From Felis catus (taxonomy: Eukaryota), in contig NC_058368.1 in the NCBI RefSeq assembly GCF_018350175.1, positions 183,522,001 through 183,586,000 of the forward strand: a stretch of DNA of 64,000 nt. Reading direction: 5' to 3'. This document shows, piece after piece, positions 39,540-52,400 of the stretch; the first letter of the stretch is position 1; each line of letters begins with the position of its first letter. The notes beneath the pieces are model-generated. The model made no database searches. It was not told the DNA's origin and saw only the letters and a program-made list of their open reading frames with translations. A program made the translations under genes and the position numbers.

Positions 39540-39570
39540 ATCCTTCCTTCCCTTTCTCCTTCTTTTTTTC
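39360..39570. repeat. CT-rich low-complexity tract plus (CA)n
   Basis: Directly visible. Confidence 0.93.
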
Positions 39571-40216
39571 TGCATTTGTATAGAATCCATGCATCATCTT
39601 AATTACTTTTGTTTTACATGTGAGGGATGAGTTATGTTCATGCTCCAAGCAAGTATGAAGTTTTATTACTGATGATGAGTGTGAGATCTTTTCTCACATG
39701 TCTGTTCACAGTGTCTCTTTCCTAATTTCTAACACCAGGAGTGTATTATAAACAAGTCTTAGCTTTATGATTCCTTGTTCAGCACCTACCTCCTGTGCTT
39801 ATGCTTAGAACAAAACAAATTCTAGTCAAATGCCTACCATCAACATGAGAACCCCAATGCCATTGTTGCAAATAAGAAATGCTGCTTTTGTACTGCAACG
39901 TCTTTCAGGATTTAAACTTCTATTTGTGTGGCTTTTCATGAACACCACAGTCAAGAGTGTCCTTTCACTATATTGTATCCAAACATCATTATTCATCATT
40001 GATTTTGGAAGACACAACTCCTATTTTCTATTTTGTGCTTCCAGGGATTTCTTAATTTCTGTTAAAGATGAATTTGCTGTTAGATTCTATTAATTTTTCT
40101 ACTTATGATTTCCAGAAAGTGAAGGGGAGAGTATGCTGTATTTACATTTTTAAAAAAGGAATTCCTCCTCCAAAAAAATGTTAAAACACATAATAAAGTC
40201 TCTTACATTCATTTTA

Positions 40217-40429
40217 TTTTTATTTTTTTTAACATTTATTTATTTTTGAGACAGACACAGAGCTTGAACAAGGGAGGGGCAGAGAGAGAGGGAGACACAG
40301 AATCAGAAGCAGGCTCCAGGCTCTGAGCCATCAGCCCAGAGCCCAACGCGGGGCTCAAACTCACGGACTGTGAGATCATAACCTGAGCTGAAGTCGGACG
40401 CTTAACCAACTGAGCTACCCAGGCGCCCC
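40217..40429 (-). mobile_element. CanSINE
   Basis: TSD tcttacattcatttta (40201-40216) / tctttcattcatttta (40431-40446). Confidence 0.96.
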
Positions 40430-41117
40430 GTCTTTCATTCATTTTAATCTCAAGTGGAAAATGAAATTCTTCTCAAGTCTGAGCTTTAGAGGATGAAGGT
40501 AAGCGTCATTTTATTATTTTCAAATGTGGCAATAAAGTTGTCTAGAAGTACAAAAGGACTCTTGAAAATTATACTCACTGAAAACCTGGTTCTAATAACC
40601 TTAAAAATGTACACCATAACACTTCAGTAGTTTCACAGGTGGAAAAATGTGAAGTGTGTTTCCATTATTTACCATAAGCCAATTTCATCTGCATCAAGCC
40701 ATATGTTTTGGGAAACTGCGAGTTCCAAGAGAATCTAGAGAGAAATTTAACATTACTATCTGAAAACAGAGTAAATTGAAGAGTGTATAAGCTATTCTAA
40801 GACACAGATGATTTTTTTTCTTTTCTCTCTCCTTTTAAAAAATACTATCATACTAATATTTTAAAACAGTATTCACAGTGTTCTTGCCACTTTGTGAAAA
40901 TTGCACCCTTGCTACACTGATCTACAGAAAATTTTGTTGTAAGGTTTGAACTCAATTATTGGTAACTTCTCTTCTGATGTAAGAAATTAGAAGTACTTGA
41001 TGTAAAGTATGGTTATTTTAAATATCAACTATAATTTTTGAGGTTTCAAAACTATAACTTCACTATACCTTTCAAAATAAACATTGCTAGGGAATCATTC
41101 AGAAATGAGTATGAGGA

Positions 41118-41344
41118 GGGGCACCTGGGTGGCTCAGTCAGTTAAGCGTCCGACTTCTGCTCTGGTCATTATCTCATGGTTCCGTGAGTTCAAGTCCCAT
41201 GTGGGGCTCCGTGCTGACAGCTCAGAGCCTGGAACCTGCTTTGGATTCTGTGTCTCCCTCTCTCTCTCTGCCCCTCGCCCACTCACACTCTGTCTCTCTC
41301 TCTCTTAAAAAAATAAACATTAAAAAAAATTAAAAAAAAAAAAA
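41118..41344 (+). mobile_element. CanSINE
   Basis: 17-bp TSD agaaatgagtatgagga at 41101-41117 and 41345-41361. Confidence 0.97.
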
Positions 41345-42740
41345 AGAAATGAGTATGAGGAAATCTGGTCAAAAATTACCTATCAACTAACTAAATATTA
41401 TTTTGGGAAATTCTTTTGATATCTACAGAGTAACTTAATATAAAGGCCAAATGTTTTATTTTATGACTTTACTTAGCATATTCACTTACCATATGTACTT
41501 TAAAATTTCAAAGGAAAGGTTAAAAAATATTATTTTAAGATTTTAAGCTTGAGCTAAATGCACTCCTTAGGCTTTTAATTTTGTTTAATGTTTTTTGGAT
41601 TATAGTTCAAGTAAAGTATTTAGATTAACAAATATACTTAAAAAACTTGAATTCATTCATAAACATTATTAATTAAAGCAACTAAAATATATAAAATCTT
41701 TAAAAATATTGCAAATAATAAAGGAAAAAGCGACTTGCCCACATATTACTCATGAAAATATAAAGAAACTTGATTCCTCATCATCTACAACAGAATTCCT
41801 TAAGTTGATAAGTCAAATTTATACGGAATTGATTAGTTTGGAAACAATCACTTCTGTAATTAGAATAGGTCAAGAAAAGTTTCTTTATAAATAATTTATC
41901 AGAAACTACTCTATAAAAACCTAGAAAAATGTCAAGCCAGGTGCGATCTTTTTAAACTATTCCTGTATAAATCAATTAACGTGCTTTATTTTGACACCCA
42001 GTGTCAGTATTTACCAAACGTAGATAGACAAGTCCATCCCTGCAGCATGCATTTGCAAATAAGTTTACTCATTAATGTTTAATTAAGACAGAGGAAAACT
42101 GTCCTTGATATTTTGCTGCAATTAGTGCTCTCTATACCCCACTGACTTCTCATGATGAATTACTTTTCAAATGAAAAGTGAAGTGATTAAAACTGGAGAC
42201 ACTCCATCTACTATGCATTGCCCATACCACATTCTGAAGAGGAAAACCAAATAATGCTATGCATAGTGAAAACACAAGTGAAATTATGTTATTGCAGATT
42301 TCAACTGTGAAACTTCTTTTTTGATTATGACTCCAAAGTGATGTAACGTCCCAATTTACTGCTATTAAATTAATAAGGTCACTATACCAGAGCTTTGAGA
42401 GTTTTAACTCAAATCTCTCAATCTAAAACATTTCACAAACAGTAAGTGCATTGTGAAGGTCACACAGTTTTCCAAATGATTTTCTCATCATATTACCTAT
42501 AGTTTTAACATTTTACTTTTTTGAAAGGCTCCATAATCCATATTGTGTAATATACTAATTTTACCAAACAACCAACCTAATCCAACACTGCACAATAATG
42601 ACAACAAAAATGTTATGTCTGGAAAGGTTAAGTTGACTTGTGCAATGTTAGACAACTAACCAATGATAGATCTAAAATCGCAATATAGTTGTTCTATCCC
42701 CAAAATCCTTCCCCTTACTCCCTATTCAATTAGTTATGCT

Positions 42741-42925
42741 TAGTTTAGTTTATTATTTATTTTGAGAGAGTGTGTGTGTGAGCAGGGGGCGGGGGAGCAG
42801 AGATAGAGGGAAAGAGAGAGAATCCCAATCCTGATGTGGGGCGTTGATCTCTCAAACCATGAGATCATAACCTGAGGTGAACTCAAGAGTCAGATATTTA
42901 ACTGACTGAGCCACCCAGGGGCCCC
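42741..42925 (-). mobile_element. CanSINE (older, internally deleted)
   Basis: Reverse SINE ending gagccacccaggggcccc. Confidence 0.9.
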
Positions 42926-43059
42926 AAATTACGTTCATTTTTGCCTGGAAGAACAAATATAATATAAAATATATTGATGAACTCTGATCATTACATGAAG
43001 ACATAACCCAGGCTGGAATATTCTTTGTTTTTGTATATGTCTTATCTTGTTTCATTTTG

Positions 43060-43520
43060 TTTGTATGAGAGTGCTCATAGTAGCTTTATTCATAATAGCC
43101 AAAAAACTGGAAATAGCCCAGATGTCCATCAACAGGTGAATGCATGAACAAATGATAGAGAACTATACTCAGCAATAAAATGAATGAACCACTCATGTAC
43201 ATAGCAGACTTGCTAAATCTCACAAACATTGTCAAGTGAAAAGAGCCAGATATAAAAGAACACATACCAATGAGCCCATTTATATGATACACTATTATAG
43301 GCAAAACTAGTCTAGGTGATAGAAATCAAACCAGTGTCTGCCTATGGTGGGTTGGGTTTGACTGGAAAGTATAAGGAAAATTTTTCAGTTGATGGATACA
43401 TTCTTTATCTTGATTGGGGTGTTGATTATATTGATGTGAACATCTGTGAAAACTCATCAAACTATACACTTAAAGTCTATGCATATCAGTGAATGTAAAT
43501 TTTCTCACAATTAAAAAAAT
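43060..43520 (+). mobile_element. Old L1 3' end (L1MB/ME-type)
   Basis: ctttattcataatagccaaaaaactggaaa...cagatgtccatcaacagg...aaaactcatcaaactatacactt. Confidence 0.85.
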
Positions 43521-43999
43521 GGTGTGGTATTTATATTATTTTGGATTCATTTAAAAAGTGAGTACTACTGTTTTTTTTAACAGATTGAGGTAAAAGTAAC
43601 AAAAATAAGCCACACATATTTAAATTTTACCATTTAATAACCTTTGACATATCACCACAATGAACGAATATATAAAATTACATATAATTGTAATGAATAT
43701 ATTCATCACCTTCAAATATTTCTTCATGTATTTTATATAATCTTTCCTTCCCACAGGTTGGAGCATTCTTGAAATAGTATTTTGTTACACATTTTTCACG
43801 TTATGTTTAACATTAATCAGCTAAGATGTTGTCAGTAATGGTAGAAAACTATTTCCTGGATTCTTTTGAAGTGTTTTTCTCATTATTCTATCAATTTTAG
43901 AATCACCCCTCAAATATATGAAATGCTCAGAATTTATAGACCAGTAACCTGAGAACTGACCTGAGTTCACCAACCAGTGGTTATGCTTGTTCTATGCTG

Positions 44000-44335
44000 T
44001 GAATTATATTCCGACACAGAAAAAAAGTGAAATTTCAAATATAAATCTGGATTTCCAAATTCTCTATAAATAACATGAGATCTGGCTAATCTGAGCACGC
44101 ATTGTCATATAGCTGCAAATGGTCAGAGGTGAGTAACACAGGACCACTTTGAGTAGAGCATGTGTTCAATCCTCCACAGTCTCCACCACTCCCTATTACA
44201 TCCCAATGCTGGAGCTTTGTATCTGTTGCCACTTAATTTTGAGCTTGCCCTGTTGCTTTACTAACACCTCACCTGTTTTTTACTCATTTACTTCACCTTC
44301 CTGGTCCCTGAAGGCTTTTGCATTTGTAATTCCTG
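44000..44335. mobile_element. MER102-like hAT-Charlie element
   Basis: aaatctggatttcca...agatctggc...actcatttacttcaccttcctggtccctgaaggc...tttgtaattcctg. Confidence 0.65.
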
Positions 44336-44389
44336 ATATAATTACTCATGTGGCAAAATTACTAAATGAGATACTCCAATAAAATTACC

Positions 44390-44392
<3 letters not shown>

Positions 44393-44433
<41 letters not shown>
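44393..44433. repeat. (AC)n microsatellite
   Basis: Directly visible. Confidence 0.97.
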
Positions 44434-44435
<2 letters not shown>

Positions 44436-44442
44436 TTGTGAA

Positions 44443-44664
44443 TTTTTTTTTAATTTTTTTTAACGTTTATTTATTTTTGAGACAGAGAGAGACACAGCAT
44501 GAACGGGGGAGGGCCAGAGAGAGAGGGAGACACAGAATCTGAAACAGGCTCCAGGCTCTGAGCAGTCAGCACAGAGCCCGACGCGGGGCTCGAACTCACA
44601 TACCACAAGATGGTGACCTGAGCCGAAGTCGGACGCTTAACCGACTGAGCCACCCAGGCGCCCC
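44443..44664 (-). mobile_element. CanSINE (CpG-rich, young)
   Basis: TSD acagattgtgaa at 44431-44442 and 44665-44676. Confidence 0.97.
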
Positions 44665-44817
44665 ACAGATTGTGAAATTAAATAGCATGAGATTAGTAGA
44701 GTAGTTCAAGTAGAGATTGGAGAAACCTGGCAACAGGAAATTGTAATTTATTTGCTTTGAGCTTCTGTGTTATGGTTACTCAATTTGAATGGGAATCCAG
44801 TGAAGTCTGCTAATCGG

Positions 44818-44906
44818 TTTTTTTTTTTAATGAATATAATTTATTGTCAAATTCGCTTACATACAACACCTAGTGCTCATCCCAACAAGTGCCTTCCTCA
44901 ATGTCC
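44818..44906 (-). mobile_element. 5'-truncated felid L1 3' end
   Basis: Poly-T then atttattgtcaaatt...catacaacacctagtgctcatccca, the reverse complement of the 35703 element. Confidence 0.88.
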
Positions 44907-45859
44907 ATATAATTGTTTTCTTTTTTTAATCCTCATAAAACATGCTATTCTGTTTAGAAAATAGTTTCTTCTATCATCCTTCATATACTACATTTTCTTT
45001 CCTATCAAGGAGGAAAAGTATTTAAGTTCCGACAATGGCTATTGTTAGGTTAAAACTACATCATCTTAAATAACCAAGATAGAATAAACCGGTGGAAAGT
45101 TCAGAAACACACTGAGGAAATATGAACAGACCTTAATACTGGTCTCACTATTAGGTGCTGGTTATGATAACAATTCAAAGACCTTGAGCTATCAAGTAGG
45201 CTTACTGATGGAGGACTCTTATCAGAGCCCCTGCTGTTAGTTCTGACAGATTTACCACACGTGGCTGCACATGGCTACACTTGTACCCACTCAAGTGTGT
45301 AAGAAGTGTCTAGTGTTGAGCCATTGAGAATTCACCTCAGTAATGTTTTAATTGCAGTGTTACTCAAACCAAAGAAATTAAGCCCAATAGAAAAGTTATC
45401 CACGCCATTACTGCTGCTTTCTTTAATGCAAAGAATCAGGTTATTTGAAAGTATATTTTTGACACTTTATCATTACATGTGAAAATGTTGAGAATGCCCT
45501 CTGGATTGTTGAAATACATTTATAAACAAGATTGTTCCTTTCCACGTAAAGGAACTAAACATCCATGTATTTTATTAAATATTGGATAATGCCCAATATA
45601 GAAAATATCCATATGCATTTTCCATATAATTGAGAAACCAAAACAAAAGGTTTAAGGGAAAAGGTGAACACCTTGAAAACTAGCAACATTTCAACAGATC
45701 ATAAAATGGTATTTGGCAGGGAGTCCCAGCTCAATTTAAGACACAAAATTTTACAACTGTGTCATTCAATCCTTCTTTAAAGTTAGATTAAAAAAAAATA
45801 ACATTATAGCCCTTTAGCATCCTTCATTATTCAACTTATTAATGAAAAAAGAATGATCT

Positions 45860-46020
45860 GCTTAAAAAATCAGACTTTCAATTTAAGAGATCCAATTTTG
45901 AGTCTGAGCTCTTCCACTTATTAGCTGTATATTTCATACTTCTGAACTACTAGAATAATGATGCCTACCTTTCAGATACTTTTTGAAGACTAATTAAAAT
46001 AATACATATTGACCACTTAG
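45860..46020 (+). mobile_element. MIR remnant
   Basis: gagtctgagctcttccacttattagctgt...ataatgatgcctacct. Confidence 0.6.
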
Positions 46021-47457
46021 TATTCAAGGATGTAAAGCCAAAATATAGTATCTACTCAGAAAATGCTAATATTTATAAATGTGTATTGTGCACAAATCAT
46101 ATAAAAATTGTAAAATTTATAATTTGCTCATTGGAATGTTTTAAATGTGCAGGTTTATGTGCCTGTTTATATGTAAATGTATAATTTTTTTTTAAATTAG
46201 CTGCTTTACTGAAGATCAAACGAATGAGTAAAATTGTTTATAACCTGGTAGAGTTATCATATATATATATATATATATGATATAGATATATATATACCTA
46301 TAGATAGATAGCTATACCATCACACATATAATTCAGGATTTTGCTCCAAGATAAGATTTAATTTACAGTTAAAATTACATACATAAAGTCAATAATTAAT
46401 CTAGATTCTAAAAGAGGCAAAAGAGAATCACTACAAAGCAGAAATATAATCTTAAACATCATGTTTGAAACTCACTGGAGAGGTAGTTATAGCCCATAAT
46501 TATGTATAGAGTCTATCATCTTGTGCTTCAGATGCAATTTCTTGGTGTTTTTAACTCTAGGATTTTAAGGGACACTTTCCTCTTAATCAGAGGTTACAGA
46601 AACCTTTCACTTAACCTCAGTTTCAGCTTCTATGTAAGATAACCATTTTTACAAGGATCCATCAGTACACACTACAGTGAGTTTTTCATATCCCACATGA
46701 CTGTATACACATTACTACATGTGTCATTATGTATCAAATGTATTCTCCAACTTGAGCAAAAACCCATTCGTGTGACTGCACAAATGTCGACAATAAATTT
46801 TTAAAATAGGCAGATATTTTTTATGGTTAAACAAATTTGAGAAATATTTTGAAGGAAGTTTACTTGGAAGTAAACTGTGGCTCTAGTCAAAGAAATGGGA
46901 ATGACTATAGCAACACAATCATTTATTCCACATATCTAGTCAATATTTTAGTCACCTACTCCCATGGAATTGCTTGGTCTCAATTCAATACTTTATAATG
47001 ATATAATAAGAAAATATTATAAATGAATATAAAAATTATCCTGCAAAAGTAATTCTTCTTTTCTATTGCAATGTTTAGGATGCCTCATTATAAATGATCC
47101 AATTTCTCTTTTTATTATAGTTGATAAAAAGCTTTGGCCAAAGATTTTGAACCATCTTTAGAATACTGAAGAGGCTTTTATGGTTTATAGTTCAGTATTA
47201 GCTTTATTCTTAAATTCATTTTTAAATTTATATGTATTTTTATTCTTAAACCTACTTTTGACATATTGTATTTTGCTGTATTTTATGTCTTTGTAATTAG
47301 TAATAAAGCCTTTATAAAATAAGGGAGACTATAAATTAATAGATGACTTAATAGACTTCATGATAGATCCTTTGATAGATAACATGGCCTTAACACCTCT
47401 CTTTAGCTGTGTCTCCCACTATTCTACTGAAGCATTATTTCTCTATCAACAATGATA

Positions 47458-47493
47458 TTTTTTAAAGGTGTATTTATTTATTTTGAGAGAGAG

Positions 47494-47541
<48 letters not shown>

Positions 47542-47707
47542 GATGGGGGAGGGGCAGAGAGAGAAGAAGAGAGAGAATCCCAAGCAGGCTTCACACTGCT
47601 GACAGTGCAGAGCTTTATGCAGGGCTCAATCTCACGGACTGTGAGACCATGACCTGAGTTGAAATCAAGAGTTGGACGTTCAACCAACTGAGCTACCCAG
47701 GTGCCCC
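47458..47707 (-). mobile_element. CanSINE with (GA)n expansion
   Basis: Reverse SINE ending cccaggtgcccc. Confidence 0.94.
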
Positions 47708-47714
47708 TATCTAC

Positions 47715-47930
47715 ACTTGTTTTTAAAAATCACTTTATTAAGGTCTAACATAAGGTATGTATGAATGCAACTTGATGAAAATCGAGAGAAGTATACATTC
47801 ATGAAACCATCACCACAACCTATGCCATAAAAACATCCATCACCTCCAAACATTTCTCCCTTCCCACTTTAGGTATTATTATTATTATTAATTATTATTT
47901 TGGTATTAAAAGCATTTAATGTAAAATATA
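47715..47930 (-). mobile_element. Old L1 3'-end fragment
   Basis: catgaaaccatcaccacaa...aacatccatcacctccaaacatttct is typical antisense L1MA/MB 3'UTR. Confidence 0.7.
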
Positions 47931-50318
47931 TTTTTTCTTTGATTTTTCTGGACACACTGTTTAACAATGCTAAACCTCACATTACAATGCCCTTCCATTG
48001 TCATTTCTGTATAAATGATATGCATAAGATTGAACTCAAAGTTATCCTTTCATGACTTGCAAATAAATTAATGACAGTATGTAGCTGTCTATGAAAGTGA
48101 AGGATATGCTTATTTACTTTGCCTTTTCTTTGATGTAATCTTACCTAAATTCAGGAATTTATAAGATATTAAAATGTCAATATAGAATAAAGTAAATGTT
48201 ACATTTTAAAGTAACTTCATTATATTTTTAACTGTGGTAATATATCAGAGGATGAAAATCTAAGCCCAAATTCCAACATGTATGTCTTCTCCACTGTTGC
48301 ATAGTTATTTTATTACTACTATGCATTTTTAACAAATTTTTATTCTCAGATGTGCTTTGATTACTTTAACAAATTATGCTAATTTAAAAAGCCAATTCAA
48401 ATCTTAAGTTATTCTGGAGCATTGTTTTACCAGATACTATCTGCAGGTAGGTAGCTTTAAAGTCACTTGCTAGGCAGAGATTTGCAATATGCATGGATTG
48501 GCTGAACTGACTTACTAAAAAACTATTTGGGTAACCAATTTGAATAAGAGTATGCTTCTTAGGGAGACTAAAGGGAAAAGCACTGCGAGGTAAGTCAACC
48601 TCCGGAGTTTTTCAGGTTCTAGCATGCGGGACAGATGTACTTAATATCCTGGAGTTCTCCTAATGCATGCTTCTAATCTAAGTCGGCTTTGTTCTGTACT
48701 ACTTTCAAGAGTAGAAGAAGAAAACTCGAACCCAAGTGCTCTATTAAAGGCATTTCTTATTTGAGTTCCGACTTGCTTATGTGGTTTGTTTGCTTTATTT
48801 ATTTATTTATGGTCAGGATCACAAGTAGAAGGTATTGGCCCTTTGAAGAATGAACGCTGCTGTCACCCTCCATTTCCTATGAGATGTCACAGCTGTGACA
48901 AGGAAGGGTTTATAATGGCACAGTTCGGTGCCTTCATAATTTATTCTCTCTGATTTTATGCTCTTTTAGTCTCCTGCTCAACCATCCACTAACAAGTGGT
49001 GATATTAGCCAATAAATCAAAGACGTCTGCTTGTCACCGCCAGATGCTTGGCCACATCGCAGCCGATTATGAGACGTACAAAAGGACAATTTCATGTAGG
49101 GAGCTCAGCAGAGGTGTTTCACTGATATTCTGTTTGATAGGAAACCAGCGTGAGGTGAATGTAGTAAAATTCAATAACTTTTGTGCCTTATAGCGATGAA
49201 GAACTAAGTTGAAATAAAACCGGGAAGTAAATTAGGACCTCAGCTTTATTACTACTCCTTTTATGACCCTAAGTCTCTCCTTTATCACTTCAATACAAGT
49301 CAGAGAAAGAAGGAGTATTTTAATGTAGTCAGTTTATTTTGCTGGGTCTAAAACTTAGCCTCTTTTTCTAAAAGCATCAAATGAAGCATTTGCATCCATC
49401 TATTAAAATGTCTATTAAAATGTATTTTTAAAGAAATAAAATGTTTGCATAATATTTATGTGAATGTTAGCTAGCGTGCAAAAAGAATATCATTTTATTC
49501 TCTTTTTACTATTTAAATCTGTTACCAACTAACTAAAATCATCCACTAAGTCTTAATTCCTTGTATTTATTTTATACATCTCATTATTCAAATTACTGAT
49601 CCACCACAAAGTACCTCTTCTGTAATATAAATGAAAACAACAGTAGGCTGAATTTATAGATTTTGAGTGACTATGCATGGTATTTTTATGAAATGTTCCT
49701 CAACAAAACATTGAATTTTCTTAAAAGACAAGAAATATTCATTTTTTCCCTTTCAATGAAAGGAGCTTCGGTAGAAAAGAGATACTCTATAAGTTTTATT
49801 TTACTAAAGAAATTACTAAGTTTTTCTCCCCTGAGAAGTTTATCATATTTATACATTGAATACATGACTACATTGTTGACTTAGCATTTTTGCTATATTG
49901 ACAATTTATTACAGAGCAATCAAACAGATTCCACGGTGTAAATCAAATTTTATGTTAAGGTACAAAAAGTCATATATAATTATCCTTTGTTTTTAATTAG
50001 TGTAGCTGTGCTGTGTCTTATGACCATCTTTTTTCCCCCCATGTCTTCCATTAACTTTCTAGAGGTCCTGAAAGTGCCCCATATTGCTCCAATTTCAGGT
50101 ACCAACCCTCAGAGGTTAGAAAAACCATTTATTCAGCTTTTCCTCATATTTCCTTATGTTATATATATTCTAATTACTGTTTTGATATACTAAATGTCTT
50201 CTAAATCCTCTGGATAATAGCTTTCACTTTCTAAAGAAAGTATGTCAAGTAAAATACAAGAAACTTTCATAAGTAAAACGTTCTTTGTATATATTTAAAT
50301 AATAAACAGGTATTTCAC

Positions 50319-50535
50319 GGGGCGCCTGGATGGCGCAGTCGGTTAAGCGTCCGACTTCAGCCAGGTCACGATCTCGCGGTCTGTGAGTTCGAGCCCCGCG
50401 TCAGGCTCTGGGCTGATGGCTCAGAGCCTGGAGCCTGTTTCCGATTCTGTGTCTCCCTCTCTCTCTGCCCCTCCCCCGTTCATGCTCTGTCTCTCTCTGT
50501 CTCAAAAATAAATAAATGTTAAAAAAAAAAATTTT
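50319..50535 (+). mobile_element. Very young CanSINE (SINEC_Fc)
   Basis: Nearly all CpGs intact; 16-bp TSD taaacaggtatttcac at 50303-50318 and 50536-50551. Confidence 0.98.
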
Positions 50536-52254
50536 TAAACAGGTATTTCACAATTCTATTCAACCTAATGATGCTTTAGTGATGTTGTTGCTTTCTTATT
50601 GCTGTTGCTTGGATGTTATTTATACCATGATTTCTACATTGATATTTCATATGATGATTTTATTTCTCTCCAGCCTAACAGGAATTCAAAGGCACCATCT
50701 ATTTAGAAAGCTTTAGACAGAGAAGATAATTCACTTGGAAGTATGTGCTTGAGGTCCTGTTTTATTTCTTTGAGATACAGAAGGATTAATTATTATTAAG
50801 TATTTAAGTACCACTTTACATCCTGCAAAGTTTTCATAACTATACTTTTATGTCTCACATTTATATGAAACATTCAAAGTAAATTTCCAGTGATATGAAG
50901 CACAGGAAATCAAGGAAGTGCATTAAAAATACACTGCATAACAAAAGAAGACAGAAAATAGAAACCTCAGAAATATTACGAAGGTGATAGATTACAATAA
51001 AAATGCTGTGGCTTAGACCACCATGTAGAATAGGATGCCTGCTTTCATCTGAAGAAGTGTGTCAGTTTGTACTGCCCTGCAGTAAAAAGATAAGGAATGA
51101 CTTAAAATGTAAAGTGCTATGAAAACACAGAAAATGATAAGATGATTAAAGATTTGTTCAGAATTTATTTTTGATGAGACACTCTTAACACTAAGTTTAT
51201 CCAGATAAAGCAACACATGAGTTTAAGTGGGTTTGACTGAATGATTCAAAATCAATGAAAACCAGTTAATATTTTGTTGTTGCTGTTGTTTGTTTTGTTT
51301 TGTTTGTTTTGGTTTTGTTTGTTTAGTTGGTTTTTTCAAGAAAGCCAGAAGAATTTAGAATGAATGCACCACAAAACTAACAATGTCAATTCAAATTATT
51401 TGTCCCATCTCTCCATTATTTTAATCTTTGCCTTTGTAATAGAGTTTATAAATTCTTGACATGGGATTGGGTGAAAAGTATGCTTACTTATTATCTTGAT
51501 GGTAAACAGATGAAATCTATAAAAGTGTCCCTAGTAACTTATGATAAATAAGAGTTCTGATTTACTTTATAGTTTTTTATGGAGCATTTACATGTATCAT
51601 TATTTCATATTTAGTCCCTATATGGATGGGAGATAGCAGCACTGAGAGCACCATTATAAATCAATACAAAAGGTAATGTGATTCTTCCTATTGGCATGAG
51701 AAAGTACTGGACATACTCTTCTAGTCCCAAGTACAGGCTGTCAACCCAGGAGGTGATTTTCTACTTTCAAACAGTATCCAACACAGGAGAAGTTCCTTTA
51801 CAAAATAAGATTTGGGAGAAATGCACACATCCCTTACACACGGTAAGGAAAAACAAGTTCTTTCCATGTTTTACTTCCGTGACTTTTAAAATCCTTTGAA
51901 ATTGAACCAACCTATCATTCCAACAATGTTTCCCACCATTACTCTATTGATCATAGATTTCATCTTGATTTTCTCGTTATGGTTTTACTCAAATAATAGT
52001 CTATAAGCATGTTATTTTAATCACAGCTCAGAGGCACAAATACATCCTTATCTGAATTCTGGGCTTTTCATGCCATGACTCAAGCGAAAATGTTCTTCGT
52101 CTTCCCTCTCCCATGGTCTCTCCTTCTGAATGCCTGTAACTTGTACTGGCTGTATGTTTATTGTCACCTATCATATCTTTTATGTAGCATTCTGAGTAGA
52201 GATGTGATCTGGACCAAGTTATTTACACTCTCTCTGCTTCTCTATATTTTCTCT

Positions 52255-52400
52255 CTATATATTTTCTCTATAAATAAAATGAAATTAATAATAGTATATA
52301 CTTCAGATGCTGAAGTAGAGTTTAGAGCTAATCAATGTAAAATGCTAAACCAGGGCTGTATACATAAAAACACACTGCTGAATAAATAAGAATTGGTGTT
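52255..52400 (+). mobile_element. MIR remnant
   Basis: ctataaataaaatgaaattaataatagta...taatcaatgtaaaatgct. Confidence 0.5.

Noticed and set aside
12720..39630. His/Thr- or Cys/Val-repeat peptides (THTHTH, CVCVCV) in the ORF track
   Set aside because: Translations of (CA)n/(TG)n microsatellites
40478..40504. Possible 21-nt or 9-nt microexon before aag|gtaagc
   Set aside because: The 21-nt form has stops in all three phases; the 9-nt form has a poor pyrimidine tract and no flanking regulatory motifs
50660..51095. Acceptor-like sites (plus: ttttatttctctccag; minus: ccttatctttttactgcag)
   Set aside because: Downstream frames close quickly and no recognisable peptide results; such motifs are common in AT-rich DNA
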